This document shows positions 13,001 to 26,004 of a stretch of 64,000 nt of DNA, in pieces. A program made the position numbers and the translations under genes. The stretch lies in contig OZ037772.1 in NCBI GenBank assembly GCA_964035545.1, forward strand, positions 2,728,001 to 2,792,000, in the 5' to 3' direction. Every line of letters begins with the position of its first letter. Position 1 is the first letter of the stretch. The DNA comes from Bugula neritina. Lineage: Eukaryota > Animalia > Bryozoa. Under the pieces are notes generated by a model. The model was not told the DNA's origin and did no database searches. It was given only the letters and a program-made list of their open reading frames with translations.

Positions 13001-16000
13001 TTCAAAACAGGTAAAACAATTCAGCAACTAGTTTTAAAGTTTGAAAAAGGCATGTAGCACCGGTGCTACACTGGTCGTCTGTCTCTAAGAGTAACAATTC
13101 AGTTTAATTCCAATTGGCAACTCCCCTCCATATAAACTCCAAACAATATATTCTACTTGAACTGCTATATTTAAAAACATTAGAAAATGAAAATCATACT
13201 TTTTATAAATAGTATGTATAGTAACTTTCATAAAATAAGCAAGCGCTTTGCTGGGAATATTTTGTTGCATGCAATTAATAGAAACTGGGGGAACCCTGAG
13301 TATGTCTCGTGTAAACACAGTTGGAGCAAATACACCAGTTAACTGTAGAATGGCTAAATATTTGCAGCTATAATAACGCCTCTAAACAATTCAACTAAAA
13401 AGTAGACATGAATGTGGACATTGTAGCTATTTGGTTATAATTAGTATAATAGCTAAGCTGTGAATTTGCTCTTATCCTTACTAATAATTGACAGACAAAG
13501 TAAGAATTTAAAAGTAAAAATTCAAAGAATAAAATCTTTTAATAACCTCATACCCCAATACATTAGGCCAGGAACTACGACAAATTAAAACAAATAATGG
13601 CTGTCCTAAATTTGCCTATAAATTTTTTGCGGCTACTTACATTTTTCTTTCATATATTGAAGAAGACACAATTAGTGACAGTTTAGAATTAGCAAAAGCT
13701 AGCAACTGTAAGACATGTAGTAATAATCAAGTAGCTAACCTATTACACAGGAAACTTGACAAATAATATTTTCTGCTTCAGCAAGAGAAGTTTAAGCTTT
13801 TTACCACCTTGTCTCATTAAATGCTTGAATATTTTATGTGTATAAACACCTAAAGTAAGTTTGTGATTTGAAATTAATGGCAAAAGGTTAGACTCAACTA
13901 AGTGACTATTGCCTTTCTTGGCCTGGGCCAAGGCTAAACAACTTAAATAACTACTAAAAGTTTGTGGAGAACTCTGGCAGCTGACAAATTAAGTAATTTT
14001 AGAGGTAATGGTTTTCATTATAAAGTTGATAACAGGTTCCAACCTTAAAGAGATACACAAAGGGCTACATAAGGGCAATGACAACTACAATAAGTATAAC
14101 ATAGGACATGTAGTTTGAAGCAATTCTGATGGCAACTCCCCTAGAATCAATATTATACTTAACAAATGTAAACTTCGAACACATCTCTTCAACTTGCTGA
14201 AACTGCATACCAGCAAGAAATCTTTCAACGAAGATAAATTGTATTTTGCAAAACTGTTCACTGTTACCGTGCAACTGTGACTGAATAAGGAAACATAGAG
14301 CAAGCTATTTTTTGTAAAACTAATCATCGATAAAGTACAGAATAAATAAGTCATATAAGTTGTATAATTTTGTATTTTATACCGAAAAAAGTTTTCTTTA
14401 GTTAAATTATTATTTTAGTTGTTGAAAGGACAACTGTTATATTAACTCTAATAGTTTCACTTGAAGCTTTCCTGCAGTGTAGCAGTGCTTGCTCTATCCA
14501 TTCAGTCAGTTACTTAAAGTCAGTCAACAACTAAAGTTACTAGTCTGTAGGCTGTTCTATTTACTCTAGGGCCGAGGCTTTAAAAATGAAGAACTTCATT
14601 CTCCACCATCTAACACTTGTAACCTATTGATGGTCCAGGGTGCTTTGCTTGCCATACTTTGGCTTACAGACAGAGAATTAAAATTGTTTTTTATTACTGG
14701 GTACCTGTTATATTTTGCTCTTACAAGATAAATAAGTTTTAAAATATGCTAAAAGTATAAAAAGCATAAAAACATTTTTAATGGTAGCACCATACATTGT
14801 TGTCCAGTTCGTATCTCTATCCTATTATTTTGCGTTGTTATTATTATTGTTATCAATTTGTGAAAAGAGGTACTGAAAAAGCTTTTTATGAAACTTTGAA
14901 ACATTTACCCCCTACACAACTTACTGGATTGCTCTGTATCACCGTAGGCTAGCGGCAAAGCTAACCAAAATTGCTTTTTCTAAAGTCTAGCTTTTGTGAA
15001 AATTGGCAAGCTTTAGTTAATAACCTGTAATTATATAGCCAAGTTGTTTAATTAAGATTTAAAGTAGCATTGTGTTACACACAATAGTTTCGGAAAACAA
15101 TTGAAAGAAAAGTTCAATAATATATTATTAGAATACCAGGAAAGTCTTGCTGATGTTTATAATTAGCATGCATTAAACGGACTGTATTTCAATGGAAGAT
15201 GTCTTACACATTGTAGAGGAAAAGTTGTCTACTTGCCTTAGTTTACAAGGCTATAGCATAATGATAGTAGTAGACTGTTACTCAAACAAAAAAATTAGGA
15301 AGAAATTTGGTGCTTGTCATAAATATTATGTTAATTTGTCTCTCTAGCATTAGGACAAAAAGAGAGATAAACCAGTTGCCTATATTGTGAGATTGTGCAT
15401 AAACTGCTATATACTAGCTTACAAATTGTTGAGTGCCAATATTTAAATTATCAATATATTTATGTTAGGTAAGGCCAGTAAGAAAATTTAGTTTACCAGT
15501 GGTAACTTATATATTTTGACTGCTAGAAAGTTCAACTGCATTAACAAATAAGCCTCCTTATGCTGTGTAAGATTAAATAAAAAGTACATAAAAGCAGTAA
15601 CAAAGACAAGTTCTGAAACGTCTGCTCTTGCAAACAAAATGCCTAATTGCTAAGTGTTGGGAGCAGTTTCGAAGAAGCTTGTATATTATACCACTAATTG
15701 TTACCATTCAATCTATAAGTTACTGTTGAAAATGGAAAAAAAATCCAAGGCACATTCAGAAGCTTGCTAATATATTTCTTTTAAAGCAATTGCAATCAAA
15801 GAGTAATTTGTAGTGTAACGGCTGGATTTCTAGCCCACAAAAAGTTTCAATAGCTTATAAAAGGGGAGACAACAGACGTGCCTCACCTGCCTGCCACAGA
15901 CGTGTGTCACTTGCAGTAAATGGTAAATAGTATTATAATGAGTGTTAATGAGGGATGAGCTCCATTACATATGAATGTTATTAATTACATTTAATTTGGT

Positions 16001-17708
16001 TTTCACAAGGTATAAATAGAAGTTTAAAAATTGTACTCCTGGGGTCCAACTATGTGGGGCAATTTTAACATTGGCTAATTTTCTTTGTTCTCAGCAGTGA
16101 TTACTAGTGGATACAATACTGCATTGAATTATTCTGAACTTGTTTATAATTAAATACAATTGGTATGGTAGAACAAGTGTAAATTTTTTTTAGGATTTAA
16201 ACTTTGAAATATAATAGATATGCAATTACAAAGTAATTCTAAAACCCGATTCCATTTCTAGATGTGTAATATATGTTCTACAATTACAGTTTTATACATA
16301 TGTAACAAACTACATTCAATTACTTGAAAAAAAAATTAATTGATCACAACTAATTACGAATTACAATTTCTCAAACCATGGTGGTAATGGTTAATAACTG
16401 GCAGACTCAAATATCCTGTGTGCAGAAGTTTTTAGGGTTAGGTATTGATAATATTTAAAAACATTTTTAATTTGTTTTTTCATATTTCTAATTTTGTCCC
16501 CAAAATTTGAGGGCTGAGAGTATGAAAGCTGTTGAAGGTGAATGGAATATTCTTATAGCCTTTTGAACTGAGTTATCCTGCATGTACTGCACAATTTGTT
16601 AGATAATTTCCCAGAGTACACAGGTATGTAAATGTTGTATACAAGGGCTTTAGATGTCTTGAGTATTGGTTTGTCTATTAGTTATTTTCGAGTTTACGAA
16701 AGAAGATTCTAGTAAGTTAACTGCTTGGTGACTTCCTCTCTAAGAATCAATAAGAATATTTTGGTCATGAATCATTCATTTAATATCTCAGTTTTTTTTT
16801 ATATGTTAGAAATAAAGATTAAATTGGCTCGCTATAGTTAACATGGTAGTTTATTTAGTGGTAAATGAGCATCAGACTCTACTTATGAACCAGAATTGGT
16901 CACAAGTCTTGAGAAGGTGAAGTGAAAACCTCATATATATACTACTAGCTGTAGTAGGACAAAACTACTGCTACTGTTGCAGGCACACTCAGCTCTCATG
17001 TGCCTCACAGACGTCTCAAACATAAGACAGTGAACAAGCGTGATGCTGACGGAGACAACTCTCGAGTCTATCCATCTATTCCTCACTACCTCTCACACGC
17101 TGCTCAGCACAAGGTCACACAGGTGTGAGCCATCACTTCCAGTGCCAACTTAACATATCCATTTCATTCCTCAGCCAATCAGATCAGCTCAAGTGATGCA
17201 CCAATAATATATCACACTGTTGACTTGAGGAAGCAGGTGCTACAGCAGGAGCCCTGCACCATCACTGGGCAATCTGACATGAGCTCACGGGTTTCCTCTT
17301 GCACTGCTATGTGTAAAGTAACAGTCTTCTTTTATACAATATTAAGCTGTTAGTTTAGCATATAACTTGTCTCTATGGTTTTATATTATAGTTTATAAGA
17401 CCATGCCTCTCATGTATGTTTCCAACATGGAGATAATTTGGCATGTAATAATATGCTCCTGGCTTTTTTGGCATCACCAGGAATGCTGACAGGCTTTGAT
17501 ATATTATATTATTAATCCATTTATTGCAAGACATAATAACCTGTACACCTTTTGTTTTGAGTATATTATTACAAGAACAAGTTGTGTTTTTGATTGCATT
17601 TTATTTGACTTATTTGTAAATTCAACAAAAAATACCAATTGGTGCCATGTTAATGATGTCGAGCTTCCTTGTAAGTCTTCTTGTCTGTAAAGGAAAAGAA
17701 TGATAATG

Positions 17709-17884
<176 letters not shown>

Positions 17885-19287
17885 CTATACAGCTATACAG
17901 CTATAAACATGCTCGTACATAAAGAAAATAACATTCATGCAACTAGTAGTAAATACTGTTTAGTATAAGCTTCTACTAATTTTGCTATGGTATGTAGCTG
18001 CATTATAATAAATAGCGAGTGAGTATACACTACTAAATGAATTGGTGGAGATCACAAAGCACTTAATAGTCTTTATGCAGAATTTTTCTTTCAGTCTAAT
18101 ATATGAAAGTTATAAAAATTATTTTAGAGAGAACACACACTAACTGAAAGCCAATTTGTTTTCAATAAAGTATATCATAGACCTGCATACTTTGTTCAGG
18201 AAAGAAGAGAGAGCCCCAAAGGAAGAGCCACGCCTACCATGTCCAATGAAAACAGACCTGTCATACTAAGTAGCTACAGACCTGCTATACCAGATAAAAA
18301 CAAACCTGTCATATTGCACAAAACTGAACCTGCAGCACTGAGCAAAGAGCAACCAATCAAATATTCCAAGCAAAGAGGAAACGATTCAGCATTGTGGGAA
18401 AACCTCCCCAGGGGGATCAGCAAACTCCGACAGCTGGTCAAAGTTTTAGCTACAGAAAAAAAAGAGTTGCCGAGTATTGTAATTATTCAGTGAGGAAAAC
18501 CGCATGCTTACCTTGTTCTGGTAACCACTACACAACTGTGAAGAGAAAGGGCTGGAAAGCTACACAACTTTGAGAGATTTCTCATACAGACAGCTGTTCT
18601 ATAAGAAGTGTTACATAAGAGTTGTGACTATTGACTATTATAGACAGGGTTGTAAGAATGTGGACACAGTTTTAGGATTTCTTATTTTAGGAATCCAATA
18701 CTTTAGTTATGTTATGATAGCATTAACTTAGCAGAGGGTTTGGTGTAATTTGATCTAATGCTTAATTACTACTCAAAGCAGAATGGCTTAGTATTTTTTT
18801 TAAAAAGAACATAATATTATATTTATATTTTCTTAAAAATAAATGTTTATTATACATGCCGGTCATAAAAGTCAATTCATTATATGGTATACAGAATTAT
18901 ATCTGTAAATAAACATGTGCATGCTGCAGCTGAAGAATTACAAATAAAATGAGAAGGAAACAAAACGTATTCAACTGGATGGGTTATCAGATGACATTGC
19001 TGTATAAAATGACGAATCAGGAAAAAGAAAGCCTGTGGAAACAAAGCAACACTGAACTACAATGTGGCTAACAAATACCAGGTCAACAGAAATTATATCA
19101 AAACCAATAAATAAAATACCAAGAGGTGTAAAATATCAATATAAGTACACATAGAAAAAACAGGTGATATACAGAATAAAAAGTAACAGTTTAATATTGA
19201 TAAAGCTTTTCATTTTCACACAAACATAACATCTTTACAAGGCATTATTGTATATATATTGCGAAGGTGTGGGCCATGGTACTCTGT

Positions 19288-19334
19288 TCTGTGCTGATGA
19301 GGGGACAAATCCCGAAACAGCTGCTGTCCACAGA
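19288..19334 (+). ncRNA. Minimal type I hammerhead ribozyme (family A, copy 2)
   Basis: TCTGTG CTGATGA GGGGACAAATCCC GAAA CAGCTGCTG TC CACAGA. Predicted cleavage after C19328. Followed by TTGAGA and (TA)n to ~19402. Confidence 0.9.
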
Positions 19335-19336
19335 TT

Positions 19337-19406
<70 letters not shown>

Positions 19407-21823
19407 CGTATGCTCACGTGGAACTATAGAAGGAAATGTCAGCTAGAAGAGGAAAGAAATGGAGGTCAAGGCCAGGAACGCAATGTCAAGGTCAACTGGA
19501 AGAAAGTATTTTAGGTCACGACTTGTCATTCTCAATTATGGCGGCTAGTTTGAGCACACTTTTGGACTAGAAGAGGAAGGATACGAGGAGACCACAGAAC
19601 TCTCTGGGGAGGGAGGTAAAACACACTTCAGCTACAAAGCAAGAGTTGAAAAGAGAAATAATTGGAAAAAGTTGAAAATTTACTAATTTGATCAAAAATG
19701 AACAGATATTAATAAAAAAAATTCTACAGATTCTAACGCTGCTATGCCAGGACAACTATAGCATATTATAATTATATTATCACTTCATTATATAAAAATC
19801 ATATTACATAATATATTATATTGTTTATATGCCATATTATCCTTATATTATAATATTATAATCATACTATATTATAAATATGGTATATTATTATATTATA
19901 CTATATCAATGTACATGACTTGCACCAAGTAGATGCCAAACGTTACCTTTTCTGTGTTGGCAACTTGGGGCAGAACTCTTTTGGGTCGAACATCTGAAAT
20001 AGATGGGGAAGAGATGATTCACCGCCCCTAGCAGAGGCGTGATGTCAGGAGAAAAATCCGAAGTTAAGTTACGACAACTTTTTCTCATGGTGTTGGCGGC
20101 TTTGAGAAAGATAGCTCTGTCGTACTCCTTGCCTGAAGACAGGAAACTGTCATTGTACTTCCATAAAGGAAACGTACATGAACTGTATCAGAAGCTCAAA
20201 CTAACGTCTGTTAATAGTAATGGAAGATATAACAATCTTAATGAGAATTAAAAGCTCTATTAATAGTAATCATTAGATATCTGAATTTGAATTGTGGGAG
20301 TCTAACGCACTCACCCTGAGTAAACATCAGTTTGAACAGAGCACTGAGGTTATCTCCAATACTGTTGAGACTAGCTATAGCCTGGGAGCACATATCATAT
20401 TGCAGCCACGGGTCTACCTTAGTAAGTTTCATACCTTCCAACTGTAAAAAAACGACAGAGCGAATAAAAATGAATAACTGAACAAAGAATACATTCAATA
20501 ACAGGTGGTTGTCAGGTGGGTGATATTCACTACTGCTTCCCTCTGATCATGTCATGTAACAGTCAAATATGACATCACATGTCGACTCACTCTGCACTGC
20601 GGGTGGCTGTGACAAGCAGTGCTCCATACTCAGACCACCCACAGTCCAAGCACCTGGAGCACTGCCCACACATGACAAAAAGTGACAAGACAAAGTGCTT
20701 GGGATAACTAGCAATACAAGGAGAATTAACAGTCAGAGTATGAAGCTGGTACTCACCAGTTTGAAAGTGTTCCCAATACCATCTCTATAACTGGTTAGAA
20801 AGGATTGCACTTGGTTGAGTACTCTGTTAACAGCACCATAAATATCCTCTTTAGCGTCGCAGTTGCCGGCACCTGCACAACATGAAATAACTACCACCTG
20901 CTATCCGTTGACATATGTGAGACCAGTTGCTAGTGACATCAAATGACAGGTACTTGGTTAGCAAATTTATACAAAGATGAGAGTTCTACTGTCACTTGAT
21001 CAAAGGTTGCGACACTCTTCGCTTAGTGTGACTCATAAATTATATATGACTTAGGCTAGCAGGTGAGCATGATCTCATATTATAAGCTATGTAGCTCAAA
21101 ACTATGCAAGCATCCTACCATAAAGAGACACCACTACACCGCACCATTAGTATGAGAGTCTTCATAAGAACTAAAGCTACACTCAAGCCCCACCAGCATG
21201 ATAGAATATGTCACAGACACTTACTATTGCACATATAGTCTATGAATGAGAGGGTTGCAGTTAGCTTCTCTGTAGATGTATGGATACATTGAGCAAGGGC
21301 ACCTTGGGCACATGCCATGCGCACATCTGTTGACAGCTGTCAAGTACATGGCAGTACATATTGATGAACAGGTTTGAATGTAATCAACCGGGATTACTGC
21401 CACGTTATAAAAACACAGGGTCTAAAAACTTAGATCTATTTGAGAGACTTTAAATCTTGGTGAAGAGAAAATACAACTCATCAGAAATATGTACAAATTA
21501 TTACTAACTGGTATGTATCATATAGTATGTATTACAAATATTATAAGAAAGCCTGTCTAATGCAAAAACACTAAGTGCACTTGTTACTGCTACTACAACC
21601 ATTGGACAATCACCTGCATGAATTTAATGATGAGCCTGGATATCTTATTGCTGAGCTGTGACATCCTCTGCACAGTGTCTGCAAGGTGCTCGAGTCAATA
21701 TCATCACACACACTAGAGCACAGCTGGCACTGTTCCATCAACACCTCCGATGAGGTCACCAGTTGCAGACAACATGTCCCTGTAGCTTCTTGACGCTGAG
21801 AATCTTCTGGCTCTATAAGTTTG

Positions 21824-21824
21824 T

Positions 21825-21908
<84 letters not shown>
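21824..21908. repeat. (TA)n microsatellite
   Basis: TA run. Confidence 0.95.
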
Positions 21909-21912
<4 letters not shown>

Positions 21913-22860
21913 ATACGATGTAATGGGAACATAGGCTTTACATTACTACATTACAATACATACACATGTATAACAGAAGTTGATTAAAATATTTGTATAT
22001 TCCTATCCTAAAGATTTAAATATTTTTCAAGTCAGTTGGGTTTTACCTTTTATATGTACACTGTTCAGTGGAATGCTTCTTTTAAACAAAGAAAGTGTTA
22101 TTTAAACTCATTAATTTTAGTTGCCAAGGGAGATAAAGTTGCAGATAGTTTCTTTTCCTTTCAGATAAAACGTGTTACATATGCACATGAATATGTTCAA
22201 CTGATGATAGCAATCAAAATACAAATACCTTGCAACATAAAATAACACAACACCTGCAAAATACTGCTTACAATAGAATTTGCAGCTCTAACTGTAATAT
22301 TGAGTCTACCCTGTGGAGTAATGGTAGCAAGCCAGCGAGTGAAAAGTTTTTAATTGAGTTTTGGGTTTGAAAAGAAATTAGGACTCACCTGCTGACGCTG
22401 CCTTGTAGCTCTCCAGAATGCTGCCAGCAGAGATTCTACACAACTCACACTGCCACAGTATGTAGTCAAATACCTTCCTGCTCCCTACATTGGTTGCTAT
22501 AAACAGTACAGAGCTACACGTATGAGATAAGAGTGGACTAACAGAGAGAGAGGGAGAGGGAGAGAGGGAGAGGGAGAGAGAGGGAGAGAGAGAGGACGGA
22601 TCAACAGTTACTAGCATCTCAATTTCCCCACAATTCTCACCTGTTCTGTGATCTTCACCTTGATCTCTTCCAACTTGTTATGACTTGGTAACCTGCTGTC
22701 TCCACTGTTGGAATCTGGTCTTATACCCTCACTCTCATTGGACGAGTTGCTAGCTAGTAACGTGCCAGCAGATGGTGTGTTGGTGTTTAATGCTGAGTTA
22801 TTACTAGTGTTTACTGCTGACTGAGAGAGATTCGGCCTCAACTACAAAACATAACAGGAT

Positions 22861-23600
22861 AATCTACAGTACAAGGAGGGGATCTACAGTACAAGGAGAG
22901 GATCTACAGTACAAGGAGAAGATCTGCAGTACAAGGAGAGGATCTACAGTACAAGGAGAGGATCTACAGTACAAGGAGAGGATCTACAGTACAAGGAGAG
23001 GATATACAGTACAAGGAGAAGATCTACAGTACAAGGAGAAGATCTACAGTACAAGGAGAAGATCTGCAGTACAAGGAGAGGATCTACAGTACAAGGAGAG
23101 GATCTACAGTACAAGGAGAGGATCTGCAGTACAAGGAGAAGATCTACAGTACAAGGAGAGGATCTACAGTACAAGGAGAGGATCTGCAGTACAAGGAGAG
23201 GATCTACAGTACAAGGAGAGGATCTACAGTACAAGGAGAGGATCTACAGTACAAGGAGAGGATCTACAGTACAAGGAGAGAATCTACAGTACAAGGAGAA
23301 GATCTACAGTACAAGGAGAGGATCTACAGTACAAGGAGAGGATCTACAGTACAAGGAGAAGATCTACAGTACAAAGAGAGGATCTACAGTACAAGGAGGG
23401 GATCTACAGTACAAGGAGAGGATCTACAGTACAAGGAGAGGATCTGCAGTACAAGGAGAAGATCTACAGTACAAGGAGAGGATCTACAGTACAAGGAGAA
23501 GATCTACAGCACAAGGAGAGGATCTACAGTACAAGGAGAGGATCTACAGTACAAGGAGAGGATCTGCAGTACAAGGAGAAGATCTACAGTACAAGGAGAG
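22861..23600. repeat. 20-bp minisatellite (GATCTACAGTACAAGGAGAG), ~37 copies
   Basis: Highly homogeneous tandem array. Confidence 0.97.
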
Positions 23601-23980
23601 GGGGAATTATTTTCAACATGAAGAGTGTAAGCAAGTTCCAATAACAAGAAGCTAAACATTTGCCAACTTTGAGTCCTCTAACAGCTGCAAGGCCATCTTA
23701 AGCTTTTACCTAAACAAATGATGCCTAAGAACTTTTTAATCCCCACCCCAGAAAGAAACCTTGTGTCCATCACCTGTAAGACACACCATGTTTCTAATGT
23801 ATTCCTTAGCTACAGTTTCACAAGAGAATGGATACTCTACCAGACGTGTGTATGATATGTGAGTGGTAGATGAACTCACCTGGTCAGTCATTGAAAGTCG
23901 AATGAGTTCACTGGATATCACTCCGTCTGTGTCACACAGGAAGTGCTTCCTCTGAGAGTTCTGGACCTTTGTCTTTGTTC

Positions 23981-24340
23981 CTATGGCAACAGCAGTGAGA
24001 CTATTAGTTACTATGGCAACAGCAGGGAGACTATTAGTTACTATGGCAACAGCAGTGAGACTATTAGTTACTATAGCAACAGCGGTGAAACTATTAGTTA
24101 CTATAGCAACAGCAGTGAAATTATTAATTACTATAGCAACAGCAGTGAAACTATTAGTTACTATAGCAACAGCAGTGAGACTATTAGTTACTATAGCAAC
24201 AGCAGTGAAACTATTAGTTACTATGGCAACAACAGTGAAACCAGTAGTTACTATAGTAACAGCAGTGGAACTATTAGTTACTATAGCAACAACAGTGAAA
24301 CTATTAGTTAATATAGCAACAGCAGTGAAACTAGTAGCTA
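23981..24340. repeat. 30-bp minisatellite (CTATAGCAACAGCAGTGAAACTATTAGTTA), ~12 copies
   Basis: Tandem array; explains the spurious ORFs at 23736-24443. Confidence 0.95.
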
Positions 24341-24526
24341 AACTAACTCGTGCACAGAGCAAATATAAAAATACACAGCTATAGTGTACACAAAATATAT
24401 ATAAATATACACAGCTATACACAGAGTATATATAAATATACACAGCTATATACAGAGTATATATAAATATACACAGCTATAGTGTACACAGAGTATATAT
24501 AAATATACACAGCAACAGAAGGCCTA

Positions 24527-24859
24527 GGGCCACACTGTGCGTATTTTCGCATGCGAAAATTAAAATCGCGAGTAGCAAAGGTGTCCACTGTAGCGTCAGT
24601 GATGCGTGATAAATAAAGCTTTCATTTTTAAATCGCACTCGCTTTCAATAATACGCAATTTACTGGAATATAGCACTAAATAAAGAAATTGGGCTCGCTG
24701 AATAACTACCAGCCAATTAGGTGACGATGACAGAGACGATTCGCACTTGCGTTGAAAATGCAGAGCGACAAGTGCGAAGGTTTTCTCAACGCGCACAGTG
24801 GACACCTTTGCTACTTGTGATTTCAATTTTCGCATGCGAAAATACGCGCCGTGTGGCCC
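24527..24859. mobile_element. MITE with ~70-bp terminal inverted repeats
   Basis: Left end GGGCCACACTGTGCGTATTTTCGCATGCGAAAATT..GTAGCAAAGGTGTCCACTGT mirrors the right end. TA flanks both sides. CpG-rich relative to its surroundings. Confidence 0.9.
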
Positions 24860-26004
24860 TAGGCTAAGGGTTGACACCATAATTTAGAATGAAGGAAGAT
24901 TCTGTTTTCACCTGAAGAAGGTAGAAGCTGTTGGGTGGTCCTGTGTTCAATAGATGAGAGATTATCTCGGTATATGGTGTACGCATCATCAGATATGGGA
25001 GTGAGTCCTTGGTAGTCACATTTGAAGAGAGAGAAAAGTTCTGATACTCTGTGGGATATGTACAGTACATCGATTCAGACATGTACAGATTTGATGGATA
25101 TAAGGGTTTGTCTACTGTGAGCTAGCTAGTCAACTATACTATGTATTGTACAGAAAGAAACAATTTCTCTCTCGGATACAATGGCACATATTCAGATATA
25201 TCTTTATTGTATACTGTGGTGTATGAATAATGTTGGCAGACAGCAGCCTACCAGTATGTCACTCTTAGTAACTGAGTCAATATACTGAGAAGTTACAGGG
25301 AGATGATACAATCCTTATATTTACTCTGCTGTACTAGACGAGGAACAAGAAAACTTGTGTTCTAATGTGCACCAAAATCTCTACTTAGCTACAAACATAG
25401 CTGATACTCTCCCCTGTTTATATAATAAAGTTGTAATCTAAAGAATACAAACACACTTTTCCTTAGTGGATGTCAGAACTGGACTACTCAAAGCTCTCAC
25501 CAGTTTTAACTTCTCAGGAGCATTGAGGAACACGGTCTACAAAATACACCCACACATATCTAGAACTACCCTCTATATTCACTAAACAGAGTTCCTCAGT
25601 CTATTCAGCATGATAGGACACACCCAGCAAGAAATAAACTCAAGGCTAAAACAGTTATCTGACTGTGAATCACACATTTTATGTTTCCACATTGAAGAAC
25701 ACATTTAATCAGCACACACTAGGCTAACTACAATCAGCTAGTCTCATGGTTCTCTCTCATACTACAGAGAGCTAAGTCTATCTAACTGGTGGCCAGCTAT
25801 ACAGTTTTGAGTATTTATATAGTGTGCCCATGAATTGTTAACAGGGTGGACTCAACTTCTTTAACCCCTTCGTCTCGAACTCTCTGTATAATACTTATAT
25901 TATGGGGCGCAGTAGCTATGTATTTTGTAAATTGAAAAAAAGTATTTAAATATACTCCAGTTGCAGTTTTATAATAGATTAGGAGACAAATAGCTGATGT
26001 TTAA

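Larger units (their letters stand above)
19940..25540 (-). pseudogene. Unidentified multi-exon gene, probably disabled
   Basis: GC-richer blocks with minus-strand GT donors (ctcac/ttac on +) near 19946, 20314, 20590, 20757, 21613, 22388, 23879, 24912 and 25500. Some exons contain in-frame stops. No family recognised. Confidence 0.5.

Noticed and set aside
13053-13070. Perfect palindrome TGTAGCACCGGTGCTACA
   Set aside because: Probably a transposon subterminal motif, but no partner end or second copy was seen, so no call is supportable.
18239-18493. 84-aa ORF with coding-like composition
   Set aside because: No recognisable domain and no linked exons identified.
22861-23600. Regular 20-bp array as a CRISPR-like locus
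   Set aside because: No unique spacers and no cas genes; eukaryotic context. It is a plain minisatellite.
23736-24443. Long ORFs over the 30-bp repeat (also 41178-41612, 43079-43417, 50375-51086, 52220-52597)
   Set aside because: Open frames are artefacts of stop-free repeat units and occur in several frames or strands.
25861-25880. TTAACCCC piggyBac-like left end
   Set aside because: No matching right end or transposase found; the Kolobok-type boundaries explain the region better.
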